The notes beneath the pieces are model-generated. The model did no database searches. It was not told the origin of the DNA and worked only from the letters and a program-made list of their open reading frames with translations. From Eledone cirrhosa (taxonomy: Eukaryota), in the NCBI GenBank assembly GCA_964016885.1, contig OZ024758.1, positions 20,460,001-20,524,000 on the forward strand: a DNA stretch of 64,000 nt. The letters are read 5' to 3'. The translations under genes were made by a program, and so were the position numbers. Positions 1 through 12,115 of this stretch are shown here, piece by piece. Within the stretch, counting starts at the first letter, position 1. The number at the start of each line of letters is the position of its first letter.

Positions 1-275
1 GTAAAATATGTGTGCGTGTATAAATATAGAAGTGTGTGTGTGTAAGCGTATGGGTATACATGTGTGTGTGTAACTGTGTATGTATATGTGTGAGTGCGTT
101 TGTGTGTGAAAGATAGTGGGCTGTAGAAGCTGGAAATCAAAGGGTGTGAAAGGTGGTAGGTTGTAAAAACATGTGTGCGTGTAAAATATAGAAGTGTGTG
201 TGCATGCGTATGGGTATGCATATACGTGCGTGTGTGTGAATATAACAGGCCGTAGGCTGTGAATGGTCATTATGG

Positions 276-2915
276 TTAAATTAGCCATGTCAGCTCATTT
301 CTCTCGGCCCGGTTGTTAAGTGGGGGTCTGAGGTTCTTAATAACAAGTGCTTCCTTTATCCTTAAGGATCCGATGCTGCGTTCAGTCGCTAGGACTGTGA
401 CCAAGGGTCTACCCTGTGGGTTTCCGCATTTGAGGATATGTTTACGGAAGGAAGATGCGTTGGTGTTGATATGTTCCTTGATACGAACATGTAGGGGTCG
501 GATGGTGCTACCTATGTAAAACTTGTTACATTTATCGCATTGAATCTTATATACGACATAGGTGCGTAGGCAATCTGCCCCCCGTATCGGGCAGTTGCTG
601 AGGGAACAAGTCCTATCTGCCTCGTAGGGTTTGTTGGAGAGGCATCTTCGCAGCGAAGGTCCTGTGTGGGCCAAATGTATGTCAAGTCCCTCCGTACGTA
701 TGGCCCTGCGGATGGCGTTCGTGGTACATTCACTCAGGTGGGGGATTTTAAAGAAGCACCTGCTAATATTAAGTTTTCTAGTGGGTGTCGGTCTACTGGG
801 TCTGGGGTCTCTAATTCCGTTAATCAGTCGCTTGGGATAACCATTAGATCTGAGTAGATTACGGAATTGCGTGGTATGGGTGAGACCACCCATCGGGTCG
901 CTGCATCTGTTAGTGATCCGTGTCAGTTCATTTAGGACATAGCCTCTCTTAGCGTTGTTGGGGAGGGCTGAGTTATAATGCACAAATAGGTCCTTGCACG
1001 CTGCTTTGCGGTAGAAAGTGGTGTTTATGTCTCCATGTTCCGAGATGTTGATACGGAAGTCGAGGAGGGCGAGTGACCCGTCTTCTTCCGGGTGTTCGAT
1101 GGTGAAATCGATGTGTTGGTCAGTATCGTTGAAGATTTGGTGAATTTCATTCGCCATCTCCCGGGAAGAAGTCAGTATCAGGATATCATCAACGTATCTG
1201 GAGTAGAAGGCAACGGCGTTGGGTTGGCAGGTATTGAGTGCCTTGCGCTCCAGGTGGTCCATGTACGAGATCGCAAGTATGCCGGACAGACTAGAGCCCA
1301 TAGGTAGCCCAGAGATTTGTTTGTACGTGTGGCCAAGGAAATTGAAGAGTGCATTATCCACAACGAAGGAGAGGAGTTGGTGGATGTCCGTGTGTGTGAG
1401 TCCGAAGCAGTGTAGGTTAGATGCTCGGACTCGTTCGGTCAACAGGTCGACAGCTGGGGATGCTGGTACGGAGGTATAAAGGGAGACCACATCAAGACTG
1501 AAGGCATAACCGTTGTCCTTTCTGGTGTTGGGCGCCAGATGGTGTAGTCGCTCCAAGACTTCCATTGAGCTGCAGACGTGGGCTGGTAGTGTGTGTAGAA
1601 TAGGTTTCAGTAGTGTGGAGAGCAGCCACGATATTTTATAGAGTGGGCCCTCCACGCTAGAGACAATGGGCCTGATTTTCAAATCGAGTCCTTGTTTATG
1701 TGTTTTGACCAAGTGGTAGAAGGTGGGTAATTTGCTGTTTCGAGTCATTATGTTGTTTTTTACCTTCTTTGGCAGTTTTCGTTGGACACAGATGTTAGTC
1801 CATATGGTGTTAATGCCTTCCTCGATTAGAGTCGAGGAGGTCCCTGTGACTTTGGAGTAGAGGCTGTGGTCATTAAGATGTTGGAGAGCTAAGTTGTTGT
1901 AGGTCTCTCTCGAGATGACACAGAATTCTTTCCCCTTGTCAGAGGGAAGGTACACAAGGTTCCTGGATCTTAGGTTGGTGAGAGTATTAAATTGTGCATT
2001 GGTGAGGTTGCGTTTGTTGTGTGTGTGTGTGTGTTGGGAAAGGATGTTAGAGATAGAATGTTTCAACCTGAGTAGTTTAGTGTCAAGTTCGTGGTTGGTG
2101 GGTGGGGGGTGGAGTGGGTTGTCGAGGTGATACGTGGGGAGTGTGGGGTGGGTTGTGGGGTTGTAATCGATCTCGGTGTTGTTTTGGATGGCGGTTAGCC
2201 ATTTCAGTTGATAAGCTGTCCGACAGAAGTTGGTTTCGATGTCGAGTTTCAGTCTATCATCGAGACGCTGTGTAATGATGAACTTGGGTCCGAGGCGCAG
2301 AAGTTCGAGTTCGTCGTTGGTGAGGGTACCGGTTAAGTCGGTAACGAGGTGTGAAGCATCGTTGGTAGGTAGATCGATGTTGGGGGGTGTAGCGGAGGGT
2401 GTTGTACAGCTGTTGCCCCTGGTGTGGTTGTAGTCGGTCCGTCTGTGGGAGCGGATGTTGTCAATGTAGTATTTGTTTACAGTCCATTCGTATTTACGTA
2501 CAAGGCGCTGTTTATCAAATTTGACTCTGGTGTGGTAACACTGATCTATAGCTTTGTGTAATTCCTGGACTTGGTGGTCAGGGGTGAGGATTGGAGCTAT
2601 ACGATCTAAGTGCTCAGAAAGCGTTTGTATACGGAGTCGCAGTTGGTGGTGGTGGTGTCGTAGTATTTTCTTGATAAAAGTGCGTTGAATGTGGCGGATG
2701 GTGTTTTCGAAGGATGGTGATCGTAAACATTCGGGTAGATGTATATTCCTGATGGTGGTTGGAATGATGTTGTTCTTTAGGCAGCGTTTTAAGAAGGTAA
2801 TTTGGCAACCGAGTTTGGCACGATTCTCCGATAGTCTGAATAGGTCCCTTATGGGTGCAAACAAGTCCTGGCTCAGGTGTAATGATAAGAGGGTGTTAAA
2901 GTTTGCTTGAAGCAT
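276..2915 (-). CDS. Penelope-like retroelement ORF: reverse transcriptase + C-terminal GIY-YIG endonuclease (879 aa, uninterrupted)
   Basis: PLE RT motifs LPSDKG, FYHLVKTHK..IRPIVS, SLDVVSLYTSV, GLPMGSSLSGILA, YSRYVDD. GIY-YIG domain VVYKIQCDKCNKFYIGST..R..EH..E..I..LN with CxxC. Confidence 0.97.
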   Translation of the reverse strand: MLQANFNTLLSLHLSQDLFAPIRDLFRLSENRAKLGCQITFLKRCLKNNIIPTTIRNIHLPECLRSPSFENTIRHIQRTFIKKILRHHHHQLRLRIQTLSEHLDRIAPILTPDHQVQELHKAIDQCYHTRVKFDKQRLVRKYEWTVNKYYIDNIRSHRRTDYNHTRGNSCTTPSATPPNIDLPTNDASHLVTDLTGTLTNDELELLRLGPKFIITQRLDDRLKLDIETNFCRTAYQLKWLTAIQNNTEIDYNPTTHPTLPTYHLDNPLHPPPTNHELDTKLLRLKHSISNILSQHTHTHNKRNLTNAQFNTLTNLRSRNLVYLPSDKGKEFCVISRETYNNLALQHLNDHSLYSKVTGTSSTLIEEGINTIWTNICVQRKLPKKVKNNIMTRNSKLPTFYHLVKTHKQGLDLKIRPIVSSVEGPLYKISWLLSTLLKPILHTLPAHVCSSMEVLERLHHLAPNTRKDNGYAFSLDVVSLYTSVPASPAVDLLTERVRASNLHCFGLTHTDIHQLLSFVVDNALFNFLGHTYKQISGLPMGSSLSGILAISYMDHLERKALNTCQPNAVAFYSRYVDDILILTSSREMANEIHQIFNDTDQHIDFTIEHPEEDGSLALLDFRINISEHGDINTTFYRKAACKDLFVHYNSALPNNAKRGYVLNELTRITNRCSDPMGGLTHTTQFRNLLRSNGYPKRLINGIRDPRPSRPTPTRKLNISRCFFKIPHLSECTTNAIRRAIRTEGLDIHLAHTGPSLRRCLSNKPYEADRTCSLSNCPIRGADCLRTYVVYKIQCDKCNKFYIGSTIRPLHVRIKEHINTNASSFRKHILKCGNPQGRPLVTVLATERSIGSLRIKEALVIKNLRPPLNNRAERNELTWLI

Positions 2916-2970
2916 TGTGAAATGTGTAAAAATACGTATTTAAGAAAGCCACAACAATGCAAAGGGAAAT

Positions 2971-3065
2971 CTCGAGGTAGGAAGTGAAATATAGATAGGA
3001 AAAACAGGTGAAAGTGAAAGTTGAGAGAGACAAAGATGAAAACAAAACAAAGGTAGAAGGGTTAC
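2971..3065 (-). other. Candidate 95-nt intron in PLE 5' leader (mirror copy 5709-5803 +)
   Basis: G|GTAACC donor, pyrimidine-rich tract with no AG until CTCGAG|, 55 nt before the ATG. Similar G|GTAACT...CAG at 43890-43999. Confidence 0.55.
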
Positions 3066-3726
3066 CGTAGTAGAGATTTTAATCCCAATATTTCGGGCTC
3101 ACGCCCATCAACGGGGGAAAAGTTCCAAAAGGGGGGAAAACAGGCCAAGCGGAGAAAGTGTTGATGTCGTTAAGACAGGAATGCCGTTATGGGGAGAAAA
3201 ATATTTAAAATTTAAACGAGGGAGAGAATGCGCGTGCGCGTGATAAGCTGTGGCAAAAGCTACTGACCAAATGGGTTAAATCAAGAGGGTGCGTTAGCGT
3301 GTGAAAGCCTTAAGATATGTGTATGTAAATATATATGTGTGTGTGACTGTGTGTGTATAGGTGTAAGTGTGTATATGTGTGAGTGTGTGTGTGTGTGAAA
3401 GGTAGTGGGCTGTAGAAGTTGGAAATCAAAGGGTGTGAAAGGTGGTAGGTTGTAAAATATGTGTGCGTGTATAAATATAGAAGTGTGTGTGTGTAAGCGT
3501 ATGGGTATACATGTGTGTGTGTAACTGTGTATGTATATGTGTGAGTGCGTTTGTGTGTGAAAGATAGTGGGCTGTAGAAGCTGGAAATCAAAGGGTGTGA
3601 AAGGTGGTAGGTTGTAAAAACATGTGTGCGTGTAAAATATAGAAGTGTGTGTGCATGCGTATGGGTATGCATATACGTGCGTGTGTGTGAATATAACAGG
3701 CCGTAGGCTGTGAATGGTCATTATGG

Positions 3727-4359
3727 TTAAATTAGCCATGTCAGCTCATTTCTCTCGGCCCGGTTGTTAAGTGGGGGTCTGAGGTTCTTAATAACAAGTG
3801 CTTCCTTTATCCTTAAGGATCCGATGCTGCGTTCAGTCGCTAGGACTGTGACCAAGGGTCTACCCTGTGGGTTTCCGCATTTGAGGATATGTTTACGGAA
3901 GGAAGATGCGTTGGTGTTGATATGTTCCTTGATACGAACATGTAGGGGTCGGATGGTGCTACCTATGTAAAACTTGTTACATTTATCGCATTGAATCTTA
4001 TATACGACATAGGTGCGTAGGCAATCTGCCCCCCGTATCGGGCAGTTGCTGAGGGAACAAGTCCTATCTGCCTCGTAGGGTTTGTTGGAGAGGCATCTTC
4101 GCAGCGAAGGTCCTGTGTGGGCCAAATGTATGTCAAGTCCCTCCGTACGTATGGCCCTGCGGATGGCGTTCGTGGTACATTCACTCAGGTGGGGGATTTT
4201 AAAGAAGCACCTGCTAATATTAAGTTTTCTAGTGGGTGTCGGTCTACTGGGTCTGGGGTCTCTAATTCCGTTAATCAGTCGCTTGGGATAACCATTAGAT
4301 CTGAGTAGATTACGGAATTGCGTGGTATGGGTGAGACCACCCATCGGGTCGCTGCATCT
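3727..4359 (-). pseudogene. 5'-truncated copy of PLE ORF 3' end (thumb/GIY-YIG) in the tandem pLTR
   Basis: Translation RCSDPMGG...NELTWLI is identical to the C-terminus of the 879-aa ORF. Confidence 0.93.
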
Positions 4360-5047
4360 CCCCAACAACGCTAAGAGAGGCTATGTCCTAAATGAACTGA
4401 CACGGATCACTAACAGATGCAGCGACCCGATGGGTGGTCTCACCCATACCACGCAATTCCGTAATCTACTCAGATCTAATGGTTATCCCAAGCGACTGAT
4501 TAACGGAATTAGAGACCCCAGACCCAGTAGACCGACACCCACTAGAAAACTTAATATTAGCAGGTGCTTCTTTAAAATCCCCCACCTGAGTGAATGTACC
4601 ACGAACGCCATCCGCAGGGCCATACGTACGGAGGGACTTGACATACATTTGGCCCACACAGGACCTTCGCTGCGAAGATGCCTCTCCAACAAACCCTACG
4701 AGGCAGATAGGACTTGTTCCCTCAGCAACTGCCCGATACGGGGGGCAGATTGCCTACGCACCTATGTCGTATATAAGATTCAATGCGATAAATGTAACAA
4801 GTTTTACATAGGTAGCACCATCCGACCCCTACATGTTCGTATCAAGGAACATATCAACACCAACGCATCTTCCTTCCGTAAACATATCCTCAAATGCGGA
4901 AACCCACAGGGTAGACCCTTGGTCACAGTCCTAGCGACTGAACGCAGCATCGGATCCTTAAGGATAAAGGAAGCACTTGTTATTAAGAACCTCAGACCCC
5001 CACTTAACAACCGGGCCGAGAGAAATGAGCTGACATGGCTAATTTAA
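4358..5047 (+). pseudogene. 5'-truncated inverted copy of PLE ORF 3' end
   Basis: LPNNAKRGYV...NELTWLI is identical to the ORF C-terminus. Confidence 0.93.
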
Positions 5048-5655
5048 CCATAATGACCATTCACAGCCTACGGCCTGTTATATTCACACACACGCACGTA
5101 TATGCATACCCATACGCATGCACACACACTTCTATATTTTACACGCACACATGTTTTTACAACCTACCACCTTTCACACCCTTTGATTTCCAGCTTCTAC
5201 AGCCCACTATCTTTCACACACAAACGCACTCACACATATACATACACAGTTACACACACACATGTATACCCATACGCTTACACACACACACTTCTATATT
5301 TATACACGCACACATATTTTACAACCTACCACCTTTCACACCCTTTGATTTCCAACTTCTACAGCCCACTACCTTTCACACACACACACACTCACACATA
5401 TACACACTTACACCTATACACACACAGTCACACACACATATATATTTACATACACATATCTTAAGGCTTTCACACGCTAACGCACCCTCTTGATTTAACC
5501 CATTTGGTCAGTAGCTTTTGCCACAGCTTATCACGCGCACGCGCATTCTCTCCCTCGTTTAAATTTTAAATATTTTTCTCCCCATAACGGCATTCCTGTC
5601 TTAACGACATCAACACTTTCTCCGCTTGGCCTGTTTTCCCCCCTTTTGGAACTTT

Positions 5656-5691
5656 TCCCCCGTTGATGGGCGTGAGCCCGAAATATTGGGA
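5656..5691 (+). ncRNA. Degenerate minimal hammerhead-like motif of the active PLE (mirror 3083-3118 -)
   Basis: TCCC CCGTTGA T GGGC-GTGA-GCCC GAAA TA TT GGGA; core differs from CUGAUGA at two positions. Confidence 0.6.
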
Positions 5692-5839
5692 TTAAAATCT
5701 CTACTACGGTAACCCTTCTACCTTTGTTTTGTTTTCATCTTTGTCTCTCTCAACTTTCACTTTCACCTGTTTTTCCTATCTATATTTCACTTCCTACCTC
5801 GAGATTTCCCTTTGCATTGTTGTGGCTTTCTTAAATACG

Positions 5840-5875
<36 letters not shown>

Positions 5876-5879
<4 letters not shown>

Positions 5880-6250
5880 TAAAGTGGTCCTTCATCAGTG
5901 ATCTTCCAACCATCACAGGTATTTCTTCCTTTTAAAGACCATATACCTCCGGTTGGTGCGAGCAACGGCTACACAAGTCGTTGGGACACGTAAATAAAAG
6001 GAACAGCGAGAGTGTAAAGAAACAAAAATGTTGAAGCAACGAAAAGTGAGGAAGAACGAGTCAAGTCCCAAATTTCCATGAATATAAGTTCGGTGAAATC
6101 GTGAACGAGAGAGAATAAAGACCATCAAACCTGGTTGGAATGTGAGCAAAGAAGGAATTCCGTACAGGTCTAACGGGAGGAAGAAGGAATCTAGTCTGTG
6201 AATTCGGTGAACATAAGTTCTGTGAAATCGTAGACGAGAAAGTAGAAACA
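5876..6250 (-). mobile_element. Repeat fragment ending CTGATGAAGGACCACTTTATTC-(TA)n; same motif at 48161
   Basis: Shared ACTGATGAAGGA.CA.CTTTATTCATAT; internal ~128-bp-spaced duplication (6087/6215). Confidence 0.4.
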
Positions 6251-6270
6251 ATTATTACTATATATAGAGT

Positions 6271-6677
6271 GGTGGATTGTCAGTATCGGTAGAGAGTCTG
6301 ACGCCATGCTTTGCTGCAAAGAGTTACGGCCCTTTATGGTCTGAGTTCAAATCCCATCGAGGTTAACTTTGCTTTTCATCCTTACGGGGTCGATAAAATA
6401 AAGTACCAGTAATACACTGAGATAATTGCTGGGGTTTTGCCAAAAGTAGAAACAATTATCATTACTATATATTATCATTACACTCGGTGGATTGGCAGTA
6501 TCGGTAGAGGGTCGGACGCCATGCTTTGACGCATAGAGTTACGGCCCTTGCCATTCTGATTTCAATTCCCGCCGAGGTTAACTTTGCCTTTCATCCTTAC
6601 GGGATCGATAAAATAAAGTACCAGTGATGCACAGAGTAATTGCTGGCCTTGTGCGAAAAGTAGATACAATTATTATT
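6271..6677 (+). mobile_element. Two tandem tRNA-derived SINE copies (6271-6460, 6486-6677)
   Basis: A-box TGGCAGTATCGG, B-box GAGTTCAAATCC, core GCCTTTCATCCTTACGGGGTCGATAAAATAAAGTACCAG (MetaSINE/MESC-like), (ATT)n tail. Confidence 0.88.
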
Positions 6678-6698
6678 ACACACTCTCTCTCTCTCTCT

Positions 6699-6760
<62 letters not shown>

Positions 6761-6797
6761 TTACTTAGTTATGTAATAAACAACATAAGATAATTAT

Positions 6798-6854
6798 TTC
6801 ATTTATCAGTGGTTTCTTGAAGGCAGATGTTAAGTCTTCAGTCGTCAGAATGAA
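6798..6854 (-). ncRNA. Minimal type-I hammerhead ribozyme (related 3' half near 47780)
   Basis: TTCATT CTGACGA C TGAAG..CTTCA A GAAA CCACTGA TA AATGAA; 6-bp stem I. Confidence 0.7.
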
Positions 6855-7140
6855 TAAGCAAGATGGCGTTTTTTTTTTTTATTAAATATGGATTTCTTAT
6901 GGTCTTTATTTCATAACTAATAAGCTCTGTAGCCTAATATAGCACTCTTTTTTCCTGTACCTTTCCGACGGAAATACTTCATTTATATATATATATATAT
7001 ATATGTTATACACCCAATCATCTTCGAGTAGAACTCCGATAATGTTTCTTCTTTGATCTCGAGGTTCAAGCAACTACATGTATATTCAGGTATATATTAT
7101 ACAGGGGAGTAGACGTGTGTGCATCTAATTCTAGAGATGC

Positions 7141-7205
<65 letters not shown>

Positions 7206-8395
7206 TATATGATTTCTGACGAAAAACTCTTTCTTTGAGAAATAATTACGTGTGCACAGTTGAGCCAGATGCAATAATGTACACACTTCTATATTGGCTA
7301 GATCACTGAATTTGTCAGTCGCTGTCTATTATTGGATTTTTATCTCACTGAATACTGTGATGAATTGAGATGAGATTTTGGTGTATGGCATGACCTGGAT
7401 AGCCCAGAAAATCATTATACTAGGAATAACTAATGTTTTCAAGGACCCAATAGTACATCAGTTGCGGAGCAATATCAAATTGATTCCGATTGGTTTTTGT
7501 CAATTACCAAGCTGTTGTGAAGCAGGAATATTCACTAGGAAGATAAATAGTTTCTTAACAGTATCGTCAAGAAATACTCAGCCGCATTTGTGAAGTAGTT
7601 TAGTTGGAGAGACTATTCTGTGTGTCTCATAATAGTGGTTGCTATATTACCCATACCGTTGAGAGACTACGGGCTATGAAATGCATTTAATTTGTATGCC
7701 TGACTACCACAACCCTATATAAGTCTCCTCCTAAATTCTTGTGTATCACAAACGTGAAGATTTTATTTAAATGGTTCCTACATAAGAGCCGACAAGACAT
7801 AATGTGGTTTGCGAAGTGATAGCTAAGTTCAATCCATGAAGAAGCTTCCCAAATGTTCTTCGAGGAGTGTTGGAATTACTAGACTAAGTGTGTAGAGGAT
7901 TAGCAATTGTACGCCATCACCTGTATAATTATTTTCCCCAGTCCTAGACCGGAAGCACATCCGACAAAAGTTGAATATATATATGCATGTAGGTATGGGT
8001 GTATGTATATATGCATGTTCTTCTGGTTTTATAATGTCACAATGTTTTGCCAATAGAGAAAATGTCGGTTTGTACAATACATACAAGTCTCTCTCATTGG
8101 AATTTACACATCAACTAGGGAGATATGTTTGCATGTCTGCATGCATGTGAAGGTATGGATGTTATTGTGGGTGTATGGATGTGTATATTTCGTGTTGTAT
8201 GTGTGCCTGCGTATATGCTTTGTATTTGTACATGTGTACATGCAGTTATTAGATGCAAATCTTTGCGATGTTTTACATAATTTTACTGTTTCATTAATGG
8301 ATTGTAATTATAAGTTCCTATTTTTCCTAACTAGTTGTGTATGTATGTATGGATGCATGTATATATGTATGTATGTATATACATACATATATGTA

Positions 8396-8461
<66 letters not shown>

Positions 8462-8462
<1 letters not shown>

Positions 8463-8778
8463 GAATCCAGTTCCAGAGTCAAATAACAACCCAACAAGGA
8501 ACTGGGCATATCAGAGTATTGACAATAGTATACACCTAAACAACATATGTACTTGTCTATACCATACTAATTCAAACTGCCTGAAGAGGTCACAACCAAA
8601 GATGCCTGTCACTGAAATATATATAGCAGTAATAAACGAAGCTAAATTTTAATCATTTGACTTTTATTTAACTTTATTTTACACTACTCCGGAGTAACCA
8701 AACCAACCTGCACACTTCGTCACGTGCTCCATCCTGCATACTGAGGTGTTGGTATACAACCAACATAAACTCAAAATC
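8462..8778 (+). mobile_element. PLE-type 3'-end element, family B, between TA tracts
   Basis: Closely matches 60393-60613; contains HHR 8576-8630. Confidence 0.8.
8576..8630 (+). ncRNA. Minimal type-I hammerhead ribozyme
   Basis: ACTGC CTGAAGA GGTCACA..TGTCACT GAAA TATATA TA GCAGT; perfect stem I, palindromic stem III. Confidence 0.82.
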
Positions 8779-8810
<32 letters not shown>

Positions 8811-8984
8811 CAATAAAAAGAAATACACAGCTTACATGCGAATACATACATATACATGCATATACACACATATATCCCCGAATGTGTGTGGTGCCAGCCT
8901 TAACCGTTGTTGCTCTATGATTAATAGGAACAAAATAATCCGAATGAATGAGATTGACTCTGTATCAGAGCTATATAATACAGT

Positions 8985-9098
8985 ATAAAGAAAGAAGAAA
9001 CATTAGACATAAATAAATAAAATATAAATACCCAATATTTCTCTAGAGAAATATTGGGTATTTATATTTTTATGTCTAATGTTTCTTCTTTCTTTATA
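8985..9098. repeat. Spacerless palindrome centred at 9044/9045
   Basis: ..CCCAATATTTCTCT|AGAGAAATATTGGG..; arms ~55 bp with one small indel. Confidence 0.85.
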
Positions 9099-9108
9099 AT
9101 TTATTATG

Positions 9109-9140
<32 letters not shown>

Positions 9141-9141
<1 letters not shown>

Positions 9142-9677
9142 TGTTATACTTTGGGAAGGTCATGTTGCCAATAAGAAACACACGCACCAGTTGTTTCACT
9201 TCAATTTATTATATATTTATAAATTTATAAATTTCTGGTTGGTTGGTTCCACAACCAGATAGTTGTTTATATATAGTCATAGTCCTTTGGTCACACACTC
9301 TGTGACCTCTTCAGTGACTGGGGATTCCTTTCTTTGTCTCCGTGCCTCTTCTTTGTTCTGTCCTACGCCATTTTGTTTCTGTGTGTGTGTTGTGTGCTCA
9401 GTTTGCGTAGAACAGAACAAAGGAGAGGCACGGAGACAAAGAAAGGAATCCCCAGTCACTGAAGAGGTCACAGAGTGTGTGACGAAAGGACTATGACTAT
9501 ATATAAACAACTATATGGTTGTAGAACCAACCAACCAACCAGAAATTTATAAATTTATAAATCTGTAAATTTATAAATATATAATAAATTGAAGTGAAAG
9601 CAACTGGTGCGAGAAGATATCGGTTTCAACACACGATTTCAGATAAAGAATCTTGCTAAACAAATTCAGTAACGAAA
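9141..9677. mobile_element. Family A fold-back element (arms 9183-9368 / 9405-9611), HHRs at 9275-9319 (-) and 9454-9498 (+)
   Basis: AGTCA CTGAAGA G GTCACA-GAGTG-TGTGAC GAAA GGAC TA TGACT. Ends TTGTTATACTTTGGG and CAGTAACGAAA in TA. Confidence 0.88.
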
Positions 9678-9774
<97 letters not shown>

Positions 9775-10085
9775 TCCTTTGTGATCATTGTTCAATTTGC
9801 GTACTCTCAAAGACGGGCTAATCCCCGGCACGTTCAACTTTATTTCGCCTTTACCCTTAGAAAGTGTGAAACTAAGAAGTTTTTTTACCCCTTTATGTCA
9901 TTTCATTGAAATAAGTATATATATATTGACGTCCCATGTACGTCAATACTCATCTTTTTCCTTTCCTCCGAGGGTTCTTAACCCCATAATTAGGCTAAAT
10001 AATTTCTTTAATTTCTTTAGTCAAAATACGGCAAAAGCTTATATTTATAATTATATATACATATATGTATATATATATATGTAAT

Positions 10086-10131
<46 letters not shown>

Positions 10132-10180
10132 ATAAGGAAAAGCGAAGTAGTTTTAGATGTTCAAGTCCTTTAATAATAAT

Positions 10181-10254
10181 GCTGTGATATATATTTCAGT
10201 GACGACACTGGTCACACTGTTCTGTGTGCGAGTGTCGTGTCATCATCAGACAGC
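10181..10254 (-). ncRNA. Hammerhead ribozyme with canonical core, inside TA-flanked element ~10129-10335
   Basis: GCTGT CTGATGA T..ACGACACT..CACAC..GTGTG..AGTGTCGT..T GAAA TATATA TC ACAGC. Confidence 0.87.
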
Positions 10255-10595
10255 TTGTTACATAATAAGGTTATGTTTCCGAGGCAATCCAAACTGGATC
10301 GACAAGGGAACGGATGAATTGCGTGTTCTTGGGTTTATATATATATATATATAAGTTGGGGGTGAATGTGTTTTATGAGTGTATGGTATATTTCAAGAGA
10401 AATGATTTCTCCAAGTTCTGAAGAATAGTTTTAAAACCATAATTCCATGGTTGTTTCAAATGATTAAAATAACTCCTGTTTTGCAGACGTCAATTCTATA
10501 TGATATAAATCATATGCAGTTTCTACACAATGTACTGAGTAACGTGTTTTGCTACTGTGGTCTGTTCCTGTTCCACTCCGGAGCATTATTACCAG

Positions 10596-11100
<505 letters not shown>

Positions 11101-11261
11101 ATATATATATGCATACAGAGAGGGAGGGGGATATATATAGAGAGAGCGAGAGATAATGTGGTACAGTTGCCGAGGTGACCACTAATCATGTGAGTACTTG
11201 ATACATGGAGAGATATCGTGTCCATATACTGTACTGTTTGTCTTGTTAGTCATATTTGCCG

Positions 11262-11299
<38 letters not shown>

Positions 11300-11349
11300 C
11301 ACACAAACGCGTACACACACACACACACACACATACATACACACACACA

Positions 11350-11408
<59 letters not shown>

Positions 11409-11548
11409 CAAGTAAGTATGGTTTGAAACAGTGAGCAGGTTTGAAATTAGAAAATAGAATAGCTTTCACAGTATTTTTGACTATAGAAATTTTAACCTGA
11501 TAATAGGGTTTAGAATCCTCAGATAAATGGAAAAAGATGAGTATTGAC

Positions 11549-11667
<119 letters not shown>

Positions 11668-11720
11668 ATATATATATATATATGTATATATATATAACTA
11701 TGTATATATATATATATATA

Positions 11721-11751
<31 letters not shown>

Positions 11752-11757
11752 AATATG

Positions 11758-11849
<92 letters not shown>

Positions 11850-11959
11850 AGAATGAGAATATTGTAATCTTGTAGTTTTGTAGATGTCGTTTCTCATTGA
11901 AATATATATACATATATATGCATACATATATGCATATATGGTATATATCTATATGTATG

Positions 11960-12022
<63 letters not shown>

Positions 12023-12075
12023 GTGGAGAAGTATATAAAGGAGAAGAAACCGTTCAAACATGTTATTTTAAACAG

Positions 12076-12115
12076 CACCCATGTACGTTTCGCCCGAAAG
12101 GGCCTCTCAAGGGCG
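12076..12115 (-). ncRNA. Decayed hammerhead motif in TA-flanked element 12022-12185
   Basis: CGCC CTTGAGA G GCCC-TTTC-GGGC GAAA CGTACA TG GGTG. Confidence 0.5.

Larger units (their letters stand above)
1..5847 (-). mobile_element. Young PLE insertion: full ORF + upstream tandem partial copy (pLTR) + inverted partial copy; continues beyond left window edge
   Basis: 1-908 repeats at 3452-4359 (offset 3451). 2927-4359 is inverted at 4415-5847. Right end TTAAATACGTATTTTTA abuts (TA)n. Confidence 0.95.
2927..5847. repeat. 1433-bp inverted repeat (2927-4359 / 4415-5847) with 55-bp spacer
   Basis: Mirror ORFs sum to 8774 (3727/5047, 3281/5493) and translate identically. Junction GCATCT|CCCCAAC has 2-bp CT microhomology. 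Confidence 0.95.

Noticed and set aside
313-5493. Short ORFs overlapping the PLE, including 3281-3739 and 5035-5493
   Set aside because: Antisense or alternate-frame shadows and CA-rich UTR.
9141-9677. Fold-backs as classical MITEs
   Set aside because: Termini are asymmetric, inner breakpoints vary within family A, and arms carry HHRs and ORF starts.
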